From the IMG/VR virus record IMGVR_UViG_3300017722_000896, positions 1 through 35,485 of that record: a stretch of 35,485 bases of DNA; one strand, written 5' to 3'. How positions within the stretch are numbered: position 1 is the first letter of the stretch; every line of letters begins with the position of its first letter. The position numbers were made by a program, and so were the translations under genes. Below are positions 18,860 to 27,909 of this stretch, one piece after another. Below the pieces are notes generated by a model that ran no database searches, was not told the origin of the DNA, and worked only from the letters and a program-made list of their open reading frames with translations. Source of the stretch: a virus (Duplodnaviria; Caudoviricetes).

Positions 18860-20580
18860 GTTACTGTTAAAGTATCGACTTCGTATTCCACGGCCATATT
18901 GTTCTGGGGAACAATTGAAGTGGCATTAGCGGTTATGGAAATGGTGAATGTTGCACTTGGATCTACGGTATCGTAGAAAAGTATGTGACCAGTCGTAGGA
19001 TTGAATACTCCGACCTTAGAATTTACTAATGTTCCGTCATTTAAGTAAGCAGCAATATACTTGTATCCGTTTAATTCGGGAACATTTGTAGTTGTATTTG
19101 CAAACTTGACTTGGCTTGCTGAGAGGTTTGTGCTCACCAAAGTAGTAGTAAAGTTTGTTATAGCATGGTAGAATCTTATATTTCTTGACACATCAAGATC
19201 CACCACATTATCAAAGACAAAGGTAATATTAGTGTCTGTAACTGAAAGACCAGGATCGTAATCAGTTACTAGAGTAATTAAATCTGCCTTTGAAATTGCG
19301 TGATTGAATTGATTATTTCCATAAGCATTATTGATCCCAACAATCAATTCTGATCTGAGCTGTGATGCGGATTTATTTGTCTTTCTGGAATCGTATGTTA
19401 TAGCCAAACTCAATTTTCCAGTAAAGTCATCGCTCTCAAGATATTCTATGGCAAGTCCAACGATAGATTTAGCCGATAACTTGCTACTTAATGATGTTAC
19501 TTGTGAGGAATCTGCTCCAAGACCTATTAGTGAGTAATAAATCTTTCCATAGAAATCGTTATAATCTTGACCATCAAAAACGGCAATTTGATTTCCAATG
19601 GTAGTTTCGTCCGGAACATAGCCAGATGCTGCTATGGCAGCTTCATAGTCGCTCTTTGTTACCAATGAAGAATATCCGTAATATCTTGGCCCAAGATACT
19701 TTAGATAATTGATGTCTGGAGCGTCAAATCCTCCTGACGAAGTGGTTGATGACACGGTAGCGGCAGGAATAGCTAATCCGTTATTTGACGAGAATTGAGT
19801 AATTGAGTTGAAAATTACTCCGTTTCCCTGCTGACCAGATGCCACAACATAGGAAAGCAATACCGTATCTGTGCTAATTATAGACTTACCTATGCTATTG
19901 ATATCTTCTGATTGGAGATTTTTTCCAAATTTAACATAGTAATAATCTCCTTTCTTCACCAAGAAGAAGATTTGAGATTCTTCTGTTGTACCAACAACTG
20001 GTTCATTAGTATAATTGGTCCAGTATGTTCCGTTTACTGAAATAAGAACGGTCCTTATATCAACATCTTTATCTGCTATTTGAAATTCCTGATTATCAAG
20101 ATCAACATTGATTGCCAATTGCTTTACTAACTTGGTTCCAGCATAAAATTCAAAAGTACTTGCAGTATCAATTGTAATTCTTGGTCCGATGTAGTAAAAA
20201 TTGATGGGATTGTTGCTGGCATTTCTAGCCCTCATGGTTGCAAAACGATCTATCTGGGCAAGATTAGCATTAGTCTTGGTAAATGTCACAAGAGCAAGAG
20301 AGGATTTCTTTGTTGGGGGTGTAAATCCTGTTATTTGAAGCAGTTTCGATACCGATTCCACATTCTTTGCACTTGAAATGAAAGACTCATTGTTCAAAAT
20401 ATGGAGATAATGTAGCCATATTAGCGTATTATAGGTAAATAAACCATTGATCATGTCGATAGCTGTATTTGGGCTATCAAGATCAAATTGCTGACCAACA
20501 CCAGTTGATTTTAAATAAGTGACAAGACTTGCTTTTAGCGTATCGTAATCTAAATCAACTAGGTTAATTGGCTGCGTCAT
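18856..20580 (-). CDS. gp6: Baseplate wedge subunit (gp6)
   Basis: LVDLDYDTLK..L..YL, NESFISSA....SV..L....G..P, Y..KFG, YVV.SG..GNG, SGG.D, LVTKSDY. Confidence 0.92.
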   Translation of the reverse strand: MTQPINLVDLDYDTLKASLVTYLKSTGVGQQFDLDSPNTAIDMINGLFTYNTLIWLHYLHILNNESFISSAKNVESVSKLLQITGFTPPTKKSSLALVTFTKTNANLAQIDRFATMRARNASNNPINFYYIGPRITIDTASTFEFYAGTKLVKQLAINVDLDNQEFQIADKDVDIRTVLISVNGTYWTNYTNEPVVGTTEESQIFFLVKKGDYYYVKFGKNLQSEDINSIGKSIISTDTVLLSYVVASGQQGNGVIFNSITQFSSNNGLAIPAATVSSTTSSGGFDAPDINYLKYLGPRYYGYSSLVTKSDYEAAIAASGYVPDETTIGNQIAVFDGQDYNDFYGKIYYSLIGLGADSSQVTSLSSKLSAKSIVGLAIEYLESDDFTGKLSLAITYDSRKTNKSASQLRSELIVGINNAYGNNQFNHAISKADLITLVTDYDPGLSVTDTNITFVFDNVVDLDVSRNIRFYHAITNFTTTLVSTNLSASQVKFANTTTNVPELNGYKYIAAYLNDGTLVNSKVGVFNPTTGHILFYDTVDPSATFTISITANATSIVPQNNMAVEYEVDTLTVT

Positions 20581-20609
20581 AGAATTATTTAGGATTTAAG
20601 AACTTAGTA

Positions 20610-20984
20610 TTATTTTTGTACCACAAACTTATAAGTCGATGAAATAAGAGTATTTGCATCGTCTGAAACGGTGTATGTAGCAATCACTGACAAATTCTTA
20701 TTGAAGACATTTGACTTATCAAGACTAAATACAATTTTCTTAACTCCTTTGGCGTTAGTTGCCACAAGAGAGTTTAAATCTGCCAAAATCACAAACTCTT
20801 TCATTGTATTTTTATTAAACTTCAATTCATCTATAGAAAAAGGAGTGGAGACAAATCTGGTATCTCCTTGTTTACCAAGACAAATTATTTTAATTTGTTG
20901 ATTGGTGAAAGCAGTTTTGGTGATTTTTGCGATATCGCTTTTTGAATCTGTTTTGAGGTATATGCTTAGATCTTTTAAACTCAT
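20610..20984 (-). CDS. Probable baseplate wedge gp25-like protein (divergent)
   Basis: 124 aa just upstream of gp6; KDLS...K...DI start and I.L...GDTRF weakly resemble gp25. Based mainly on synteny. Confidence 0.45.
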   Translation of the reverse strand: MSLKDLSIYLKTDSKSDIAKITKTAFTNQQIKIICLGKQGDTRFVSTPFSIDELKFNKNTMKEFVILADLNSLVATNAKGVKKIVFSLDKSNVFNKNLSVIATYTVSDDANTLISSTYKFVVQK

Positions 20985-21703
20985 CTCTGAATCCTTTCTA
21001 GCGAATCTGTTTCTGAATATGTAACATCTTCGAAAACATCTCCAGGAATACCACGACCAAAAGCAGATAATGTCAAAGTCATTTCATGATGTCTATCTTT
21101 AAATATATGATGCTTGATTGATAAAACCAACCATCTACCATTTAATTTGCCGTATTCTGTTTGATATTGAGGATTTATCTGATCATAAATCGTCACTATA
21201 TCTCCAGGACTAATTTTAAAAGTCCCTGCAACTTTGATGTCAACTCGTATAGCATTCATCAAAGAAAGCAGAGCTTTTCTATACAGAGGGCTTACTGGAT
21301 CTGTGTTCCAGAAAGTTGAATTTTTAAATGCAATATTTAAAAGCTTATCAAAGTCCTTTCCTACTCTAGGACAGTCGCATGAATACGGAGCATTCGGATC
21401 TATTAACAGACATCCAAGATATTCTCCACCCATCTGAGTCTGTATTTCATTGCAGAGTTTTATATCTTGAAATGCTGCTTGTAAACAACATTCTGTGGGT
21501 TCGCACTCCGATGGCTTCATTGTGATGCCTGTGTATCCAGCAAAGAATCTCTGTTCACATTCTTGAAGTGTTCTAGGAGAACCGTGGAAAATTGCATCTG
21601 GATTTGCACAGGTATAGTCTCTGCCTTCCATGAATATTTCATTGGCATCTCTATACTGACTGGTTCTCGTTATGATTGTCTGTAACAGTTTTAGATCTAG
21701 CAT
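20981..21703 (-). CDS. Baseplate hub (gp27/gpD-like) C-terminal part
   Basis: I.V.G...I.PGD.V.I ... L.GRWLV.SIKHHI...H.MTL.L is the hub C-terminal barrel pattern; Cys-rich N-half. ATG at 21703 preferred over TTG at 21712. Confidence 0.6.
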   Translation of the reverse strand: MLDLKLLQTIITRTSQYRDANEIFMEGRDYTCANPDAIFHGSPRTLQECEQRFFAGYTGITMKPSECEPTECCLQAAFQDIKLCNEIQTQMGGEYLGCLLIDPNAPYSCDCPRVGKDFDKLLNIAFKNSTFWNTDPVSPLYRKALLSLMNAIRVDIKVAGTFKISPGDIVTIYDQINPQYQTEYGKLNGRWLVLSIKHHIFKDRHHEMTLTLSAFGRGIPGDVFEDVTYSETDSLERIQR

Positions 21704-23865
21704 TCTATACAAGGTCCTTCTTTATCATTTTGCGCGTCGAAAAGATATAGGTACGGTGTTCTCTTTAGTAGAGTTGGACAGAATGTAAGACCTCTAATGC
21801 TGTGCATTTCAATTTGATACATTTTTACTATCTGTCCATGTGTCAATGGAACGCATGCATCATTTTTAGAAGGATGATTTCCGATTGCCTGATTTATGGT
21901 TCCTAGAGGATATCCATCGGCAATTAAGTTTGTTCCTGGTCCAGCATATTTTTTATTTTCATTTTCAAAGTTCATCACTTCATTAATATTGAAGGCTTCA
22001 AATCCTTGTGTGTATCCACCGGATCTGCCCAATTGGAAACTTACAACCTTGAAGCCTGGATTTGATTCTGTGTATTCGTATTCAGCTCCTTCAAATCCAA
22101 AAGTCTGGCCATTACAAGTTACGTCACATGCTTCACAAATTTCTGTACCAGCAATCTGATCAGTAGGAGTGCATGTAGAACCATTTAAAGTTACTCCAGC
22201 AATTCTTATAGGAATAAATTCTACTTCTTGCCAAGAATATCTGTAGGCTTTTGCTCTAGTATTTGGTTCTGTCTGTCCTTCTCCCTTGATAGCAGAAGCA
22301 CCAGTGATCAATGCCCAGAAAGAAGTGTTTGAATCTAAGCAGCAAACAACATATTTGAAGATGTTCCACTTTTCCTTTATTCTTCTCAAAGCAAGATAGG
22401 TTGCTCTTTTTTGAGCTGCTGTCTTTTTGATACCAATGTAAATCTTTGCGATATTTTTATCAATAGTATCTGTTGCTTCTAGAGATGTTGTAAACAAATC
22501 TGGAGGGAATCCACCTCCCTCGTCTAAGCCACCATCGCCAAGCCCACCACCGGGACCTGTAGTTATTTGCCCAACAACAGGATTGAACTCTTCAATATCA
22601 AACATCGTCTGCCACATCAACTGTGTTTGTCTGTGGCCCATCAACTCTTCTGCTGTTACTCCTTGTTCAGTATAAAAAGTATAGCTTGGCTCATATACGC
22701 TATTATTGTAGAATGAATTATCAAAATAACCAAACTTACCATCATCATAAAAGCGTTTGGTATAGGTAGCCATAGTTGCACCTACAGCAGGATCATAAAA
22801 TTCTAAATTTACTTGATCATATTTTATTAAATTTTCTACATCTCCACGCTCAAATGGATTTTGAGTTGAAGGTGAAGTTTCATATATTTGATAAATTTCT
22901 TTGGGAAAATGTTCTTCTATCTTAAACAAAATATTAGATTTTGTTATTCCAATTCCATAATCAGAATAGTTAAAGAATGGATTTGAAAGATTTGGTGCTA
23001 CTCTTTCATAATAAGATGCAAATACTCCTGAATTTTCCAATTCCATTAAGGACAAAGCAGGATGAAATCTAACACTGTCGATCTTTTGACGGCCTGTTTC
23101 GTCAAAAGTATCCAAGCTATCTCTGGCCTGAATACCAAAATCCATCTTTGAATCTTCTTTTATCAATTCGCCTAAAGAGATAAAATTTGTAGATTTTAAA
23201 TCTTTCCAGAAGAAAAAGTCTGCTCTAGTTTTATCTTCTTCTTTCTTTGTATTTGCATTTTCAGCCAAATAGTTCAGCAAAGTTAAAACTTTGCTATGAT
23301 CCACCACTCTTCCACTTGGGTATGTCATTGGCCTTGGTTTTAACCAAGCATAATTTTCAGTAGAAGAAAGATTGTATTCCTCGTCTATGAAATACTGTTC
23401 AAACAATTTTTGAACCCAATTATCTCCATCAAAAGTTCCTTCGGGGGTTGCTTTGCAAATATCTTTAATATCTTCTTCAAATTTAAAAGGAAGTCTTTCG
23501 TTAAAGAAATAAGATTCATGAATAAATTTAAGTATTACTAATCTTGGCTGTGTTCTGTCAGCATAATCTGTGGCTCTAGCAGCCTGATACACATAGTAAT
23601 ATGGTAGATCAATAATTTCTCCGAATCTATCTGTTATATTAATTTGAATAAGATCTTTTCCGGTGAAATTGAAATCACCAATCATGTCACCAGGATCTCT
23701 TAATATAAGAGTACCGGACGGGATTGTTCCAAAGATACTCTCATCAAAAGTTAATTGCTCTAAATAACCATTACTCTGATTATTTGTTACAACAACCCAT
23801 TCATTCTTGGTTCTGGCATGAGTAATTTTTATAGAATTAATACTTAGTAGATTAGCTACTGCCAT
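21697..23865 (-). CDS. Baseplate hub (gp27-like) N-terminal part with large insertions
   Basis: ESIF....SG.L...D........G.D.I.I and FFFW.D....NF.S...L match hub-family N-terminal patterns; downstream of gp53. Confidence 0.6.
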   Translation of the reverse strand: MAVANLLSINSIKITHARTKNEWVVVTNNQSNGYLEQLTFDESIFGTIPSGTLILRDPGDMIGDFNFTGKDLIQINITDRFGEIIDLPYYYVYQAARATDYADRTQPRLVILKFIHESYFFNERLPFKFEEDIKDICKATPEGTFDGDNWVQKLFEQYFIDEEYNLSSTENYAWLKPRPMTYPSGRVVDHSKVLTLLNYLAENANTKKEEDKTRADFFFWKDLKSTNFISLGELIKEDSKMDFGIQARDSLDTFDETGRQKIDSVRFHPALSLMELENSGVFASYYERVAPNLSNPFFNYSDYGIGITKSNILFKIEEHFPKEIYQIYETSPSTQNPFERGDVENLIKYDQVNLEFYDPAVGATMATYTKRFYDDGKFGYFDNSFYNNSVYEPSYTFYTEQGVTAEELMGHRQTQLMWQTMFDIEEFNPVVGQITTGPGGGLGDGGLDEGGGFPPDLFTTSLEATDTIDKNIAKIYIGIKKTAAQKRATYLALRRIKEKWNIFKYVVCCLDSNTSFWALITGASAIKGEGQTEPNTRAKAYRYSWQEVEFIPIRIAGVTLNGSTCTPTDQIAGTEICEACDVTCNGQTFGFEGAEYEYTESNPGFKVVSFQLGRSGGYTQGFEAFNINEVMNFENENKKYAGPGTNLIADGYPLGTINQAIGNHPSKNDACVPLTHGQIVKMYQIEMHSIRGLTFCPTLLKRTPYLYLFDAQNDKEGPCIEC

Positions 23866-24583
23866 TTACATTATCCTCAATAAGCTGAACAACACTCTCT
23901 TTAGGCACATTAATTATATTTGTGTTGTTGATCAATTTTTCCTTTTCGTTTACTGTAACATAACCACCAGTCGGTGTTCCTGTCAAGTAATATAGATTCA
24001 CATCTGAATCTGTAATAACAATATTATTTTCATTTATAAACTCTACAGGAGAATCCGAATAATTTTGAGTTCCAAAAATTAATATTGAGTTTGTTTGTTG
24101 CCATTGACCGTTTATTTTTTTGAATACTGGTAAATTGCCAGTACCTAAAGTACCAACCATCAATGCTTTGATCTTTCTAATTTCTACATCCTGATCTATG
24201 ACATAAGCAAAATTAGTTGTTATGTCAAATCCTGCACTAAAACCAGAAGTTGGAGTTCCAATTAACTCTCCTCCGGCAAAAGTTGCACTAAAGTTACCAA
24301 ATATCGCAGTATACTTCTGTAGAGTATCTTCTATCTTTTTGGTTGGAGGTGGAAGTTCTTCAAACGGATTTACCATTCCCGAAGTATAAAGAGGAGCGAA
24401 GTAATACTTGTGATTATTAAATAGCTCAAACGACAGCTTATCTAATAAAACATTTTCATCAATCTTTTTGCCATAAAAGTCAGAACTATACTGAGTTAAA
24501 TCATACTCAGAACTCAAATCTTTTACTGGTTGAGTGATTCCGCTAAAGTCATAAGAAATTGTGTTGAATTTTCCAAAAATCAT
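23852..24583 (-). CDS. gp53: Baseplate wedge protein (gp53-like)
   Basis: F..F..I.YD start, D.LS..LF.....Y, ..NPF.ELP, V...E...N.....I.V; follows gp48. Confidence 0.7.
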   Translation of the reverse strand: MIFGKFNTISYDFSGITQPVKDLSSEYDLTQYSSDFYGKKIDENVLLDKLSFELFNNHKYYFAPLYTSGMVNPFEELPPPTKKIEDTLQKYTAIFGNFSATFAGGELIGTPTSGFSAGFDITTNFAYVIDQDVEIRKIKALMVGTLGTGNLPVFKKINGQWQQTNSILIFGTQNYSDSPVEFINENNIVITDSDVNLYYLTGTPTGGYVTVNEKEKLINNTNIINVPKESVVQLIEDNVNGSS

Positions 24584-25347
24584 GGTCTAATTATCTGTGA
24601 AATTTCTGATTTGCTGTAAACAGCTCCTCTATAATATGTACCTGTTTCAAATTCTTTAAAAATTAGTGTCAATGACGTTGCCATTGGAGCACCATCTTGG
24701 AAGAATCTTGCAGTATCTTCGTCACCGAAAGGAATTTTATTGACTTCTACAGTTGCCAAAACACAAACAAGAGGATCCCCCAACCAAAGAGTAGTTAATT
24801 GAGCTGGATCTCCTTGTCCGACCACTTGCAAACGCCACAGGAATGGAGGAAGAACTCTTTCTGGTACATTTGTAGCAAGAGGATATGAAGCACTTCTGAA
24901 TGCTTCGCATATATTTCCAATAGCAGTAGATTCGTTGAATGTTTTTGGAACCATCAAATACTTAAATCTGAATTCTCTTCTGGCTTCACTTATCAATGAC
25001 ATTTCAGTGATGTTTGAAAACATCTGCTGAGTCGTAGTTGAGTTCATATTTTCTGCTATCATTGCTACAGGATCAGCAAATGCTCTCTTCAATAAAGCGG
25101 AAGCAGAGCCAGCATTAGCCTCACCAGCTGCACTGAGTATTGGACCTACCGGGTTAGGTCCTTCAGCAAAACCATGCTGAGTAGATACATTTATACCCAA
25201 TGGAAGAGGTAAAAGAATGTAATCAAGTCTTCTATTAGATATGGCTCCTCTGGTTCTATCTGCGGCTAGAACGCTATATTCGGCGGCTTCAAAAAGAACG
25301 CCGTAAGGTATTTCTGCAACATCTTCTAGTGGAAATTGAAATGGCAT
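24580..25347 (-). CDS. gp48: Baseplate tail tube cap (gp48-like)
   Basis: I.LPLP, REFRF.Y.MVPK...E...I..I...FR, CVL..V.VN, F.DGAP....L.L.FKE.E. Confidence 0.85.
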   Translation of the reverse strand: MPFQFPLEDVAEIPYGVLFEAAEYSVLAADRTRGAISNRRLDYILLPLPLGINVSTQHGFAEGPNPVGPILSAAGEANAGSASALLKRAFADPVAMIAENMNSTTTQQMFSNITEMSLISEARREFRFKYLMVPKTFNESTAIGNICEAFRSASYPLATNVPERVLPPFLWRLQVVGQGDPAQLTTLWLGDPLVCVLATVEVNKIPFGDEDTARFFQDGAPMATSLTLIFKEFETGTYYRGAVYSKSEISQIIRP

Positions 25348-25359
25348 TTTGGTTCATAC

Positions 25360-25365
25360 TATATA
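25360..25365. promoter_or_regulatory. Palindromic TATATA late-promoter variant between divergent gp48 and gp4
   Basis: The only promoter-like motif in the 22-nt divergent gap; 4 nt from the gp4 ATG and 12 nt from the gp48 ATG. Confidence 0.55.
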
Positions 25366-25369
25366 TTCT

Positions 25370-25798
25370 ATGCCGTACAAAACAAAATTTGTACCAACGA
25401 ACAAGGATAAGTATGTCGGTAATTGTGAAAAAATACTATGCAAATCCTTATGGGAGAGAAAACTTTGCAAGTATTTCGATAATACCGACAGCGTTATGAA
25501 ATGGTGCTACGAGTGCGTCAAGGTTCCCTATATCTCTCCAGTAGATAACAAAAAGCATACTTACTATCCAGATTTTTTAGTTATGCTAAAAGATAAGGGC
25601 GGATCGGTAAAAACCATGATCGTAGAAGTAAAACCAGATAAACAAACTAAGCAACCGACTAATCCTAAAAGAAAATCTTATAAGAACGAAGTGGTTACTT
25701 TTGTCATAAATGAAGCAAAATGGACTGCCGCAAAGTCTGTTTGCGAGACAAATGACTGGGAATTTAAACTCTTAACAGAAAAGAACCTCTTCAAATGA
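25370..25798 (+). CDS. gp4: Head completion nuclease (gp4, TnsA-like PD-(D/E)xK)
   Basis: YK.KF.P.N..KY.G, SLWER, PY.SPVD, YYPDF, VEVKP..QT..P, NEAKW.AA, LTEK.L; ATG at 25370. Confidence 0.95.
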   Translation: MPYKTKFVPTNKDKYVGNCEKILCKSLWERKLCKYFDNTDSVMKWCYECVKVPYISPVDNKKHTYYPDFLVMLKDKGGSVKTMIVEVKPDKQTKQPTNPKRKSYKNEVVTFVINEAKWTAAKSVCETNDWEFKLLTEKNLFK

Positions 25799-26343
25799 AT
25801 TCCATAGAAGATATCAAAAGAATAATCAATCAGGCTGGTGGATTACAAAGAACTAACAGATTTAATGTAACTCTTTATTCTCCAACTGAAGCAACAAATA
25901 CCATTCCCGCCCAAAGAGTGGTATTCGGTGGTAGAGAAATACAGGCAATTTCAGATAAGCTCCCCGGTCCAGGATTTGGCCGTTTAGTCCCAATAAATAT
26001 CTCTTACGGCAGTAGAGATCCATCTTTACAGATAACATTTCCCGTAGAACAAGACTGGAAAACCTATAAGATGATCGAATACTGGATGAACGCTTTGGCA
26101 AATGACGGAAGCAATCCAGCATTCTTCTATGGTTTTAGCTTCGGTAGACCTTATGCAAACTTTGCCAAAAATGGTGGCGCAGAAGTTCAATGCTTGGACA
26201 CCAACGGAACAGTAAAAGCAACATTCAGATTCCGTGAAGTTTATCCCATAAGAATAATCCCAATTGAAATGGATGCGTCCATTTCAAATACATTCTTGAC
26301 TTATGATGTAATCTTTAATTTCAGATCGTATCATGTTTATTGA
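25795..26343 (+). CDS. Tail tube initiator / gp19-gp54-like protein
   Basis: GGL.RTNRF.V, LPG, ..W.N, F.EVYP..I..I.M, ...V.F.FR.Y: tube-fold pattern; ATGA overlap with gp4. Confidence 0.75.
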   Translation: MNSIEDIKRIINQAGGLQRTNRFNVTLYSPTEATNTIPAQRVVFGGREIQAISDKLPGPGFGRLVPINISYGSRDPSLQITFPVEQDWKTYKMIEYWMNALANDGSNPAFFYGFSFGRPYANFAKNGGAEVQCLDTNGTVKATFRFREVYPIRIIPIEMDASISNTFLTYDVIFNFRSYHVY

Positions 26344-26351
26344 GAGATATT

Positions 26352-27041
26352 ATGAAAAATTTAACTAGAAACTTACCAAAATATTCATGCATTCGTCCGA
26401 GTACAGGAAAAGAAATCAAGTTTCGACCATTTTTGGTTTCAGACGAAAAAACTTTACTTCTCATCAAGCAAGAACAAAATCCTCGCTTGATTATCGAAAA
26501 TGTTGTACAGCTTCTATCTTCATGCTTTGAAGATCTTGATGTCGATTCCCTAACACTTCAGGATGTAGAATTTTTGTTCTGCAATCTGAGAAGCAAGTCC
26601 GTAGGAGAAATTGTAAAAACTAATTTTACATGTCCTGTGACATCGGAGAAGATTAAAACAGATTTGGATCTTTCTCAACTGAATGTATCAAAATCAAATA
26701 CAACATTTGAATTGGCTTTGGACAGCAGCTTCAAGATTGTATTCAAAGAACCGACTCTCAGAAAAATCTTTTCGGTAAGCGGAAAATTTGATGTGGCCCA
26801 TCTTATACAGGCATCAATAGACAAGGTTTATCGTGATGATGTTGTATATGAGTTTGCTGATCTATCTGAAGATGAACTTGGGCAGATCATAAAAAACTTT
26901 ACTACCAAGGAAAACGAACAAGTCAAAAATTTCGTAATCAATCTGCCAAAGACCTATGCAGTTGTGTCTTATACAACTTCTGATGGTATGGTAAGAAAGA
27001 TGAGATTGGATGGCGTACTGAATTTTTTTACATATGCCTAA
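26352..27041 (+). CDS. gp26: Baseplate hub assembly protein (gp26-like)
   Basis: LPKY....PSTGK.IKFRPFLV..EK.LL, DVEFLF.NLRSKSVGE, CP, C-terminal L.G..NFF. Confidence 0.92.
   Translation: MKNLTRNLPKYSCIRPSTGKEIKFRPFLVSDEKTLLLIKQEQNPRLIIENVVQLLSSCFEDLDVDSLTLQDVEFLFCNLRSKSVGEIVKTNFTCPVTSEKIKTDLDLSQLNVSKSNTTFELALDSSFKIVFKEPTLRKIFSVSGKFDVAHLIQASIDKVYRDDVVYEFADLSEDELGQIIKNFTTKENEQVKNFVINLPKTYAVVSYTTSDGMVRKMRLDGVLNFFTYA
27023..27029 (+). promoter_or_regulatory. Candidate -1 ribosomal frameshift slippery heptamer U UUU UUU
   Basis: gp26 frame AAT TTT TTT ACA; the -1 frame is open from here to 27202 and encodes the gp51-like peptide. Confidence 0.6.
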
Positions 27042-27055
27042 ATCACATTGATTTG

Positions 27056-27202
27056 ATGATTTACTATAAAATTAGTTACTTCTTATCATCAAGTAATGTG
27101 TTAAGCGTAAGTGAACTTGAGGATTGCATACCATGGGAACGAGACATATATTTCAATCAACACAAGAATAAATTAGAAGAGGAAACCTCCAAGAATGCCT
27201 GA
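27056..27202 (+). CDS. gp51: Small baseplate hub assembly catalyst (cyanophage-type gp51), not in ORF track
   Basis: MIYYKISYFLSSSNVLSVSELEDCIPWERDIYFNQHKNKLEEETSKNA; the S..ELE..IPWER.IY motif is typical. The open frame and family resemblance extend upstream (CLNHIDL) to the slippery site. Confidence 0.85.
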   Translation: MIYYKISYFLSSSNVLSVSELEDCIPWERDIYFNQHKNKLEEETSKNA

Positions 27203-27902
27203 AACAGATCTACTGATGTTCCCTAGCGAATTGCCAACACCAAATGCTGGGCAAAATTCTTTGTTTGATTTTGGAAGCACTCCAAATTTGAACATGGGGA
27301 ACTATTCAGGTTTGATTCCTCAGACTGATGCTCCATCTCAATTTGATTATGAATCTGGTCCAGGAATGTTTCCTGAAGAAATGCCTGGATACGATCCTGG
27401 TCTAAATCCAGACGGAGGCATTCCTGTCTTTGATGAACCTGGTCTTGGAGAACAGATGTTCCCCCCTGAAATGATGCCAGCGGATATTCCTGCTGGCTTT
27501 GAACCTTCGGGAATCCCCGGTCTAGGGGAACAAATGTTTCCTGAAGATATTCCGCAAGAAATGCAGGATGAAGTTCCCTTAGAGCTTCAGGATACTAGCG
27601 AAATAGAACAGAATGAATACGAAAGAGATAATTTATTAAAACTTCTTGAGTCTGCTGAAGGTCTAGATCAAAATACAAGAAATATTGTTCAAGAAAAAAT
27701 AAATTCTTTAGATACAGAAATCCAACAGCAAAAGCAAAAAGTCGATATGCTTTTGTCTAGAAAAGGTGCTGTAGTTAGTCCCGGTGCATCTTCTACGATG
27801 GACAAGTACAGAGTTGTAAATGCTTCCTCCGGATATGAGGATGATTTACGAAACTTTCTTGCAGAAATAAAAAACCCTCCGAGGTGGAGGGTTTTGGGCT
27901 GA
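27195..27902 (+). CDS. Pro/Gly/acidic repeat protein with C-terminal coiled coil
   Basis: 235 aa; PGLGEQMFP twice plus PGMFPEEMP; overlaps the gp51 stop. Confidence 0.75.
   Translation: MPETDLLMFPSELPTPNAGQNSLFDFGSTPNLNMGNYSGLIPQTDAPSQFDYESGPGMFPEEMPGYDPGLNPDGGIPVFDEPGLGEQMFPPEMMPADIPAGFEPSGIPGLGEQMFPEDIPQEMQDEVPLELQDTSEIEQNEYERDNLLKLLESAEGLDQNTRNIVQEKINSLDTEIQQQKQKVDMLLSRKGAVVSPGASSTMDKYRVVNASSGYEDDLRNFLAEIKNPPRWRVLG
27865..27895 (-). terminator. Intrinsic terminator for gp32, probably bidirectional, inside the 3' end of the convergent gene
   Basis: AAAACCCTCC-N5-GGAGGGTTTT followed by TTATTT on the minus strand. Confidence 0.8.
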
Positions 27903-27909
27903 GAGGATT

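Noticed and set aside
21690-21725. Stop readthrough or frameshift joining the two hub ORFs
   Set aside because: The ORFs are in different frames so TAG readthrough cannot fuse them, the second frame has TGA TAA just upstream, and no slippery heptamer lies in the short overlap.
1645-22159. Many 60-133 aa plus-strand ORFs within the structural block
   Set aside because: All lie fully antisense to well-supported T4-like genes and have no independent signals.
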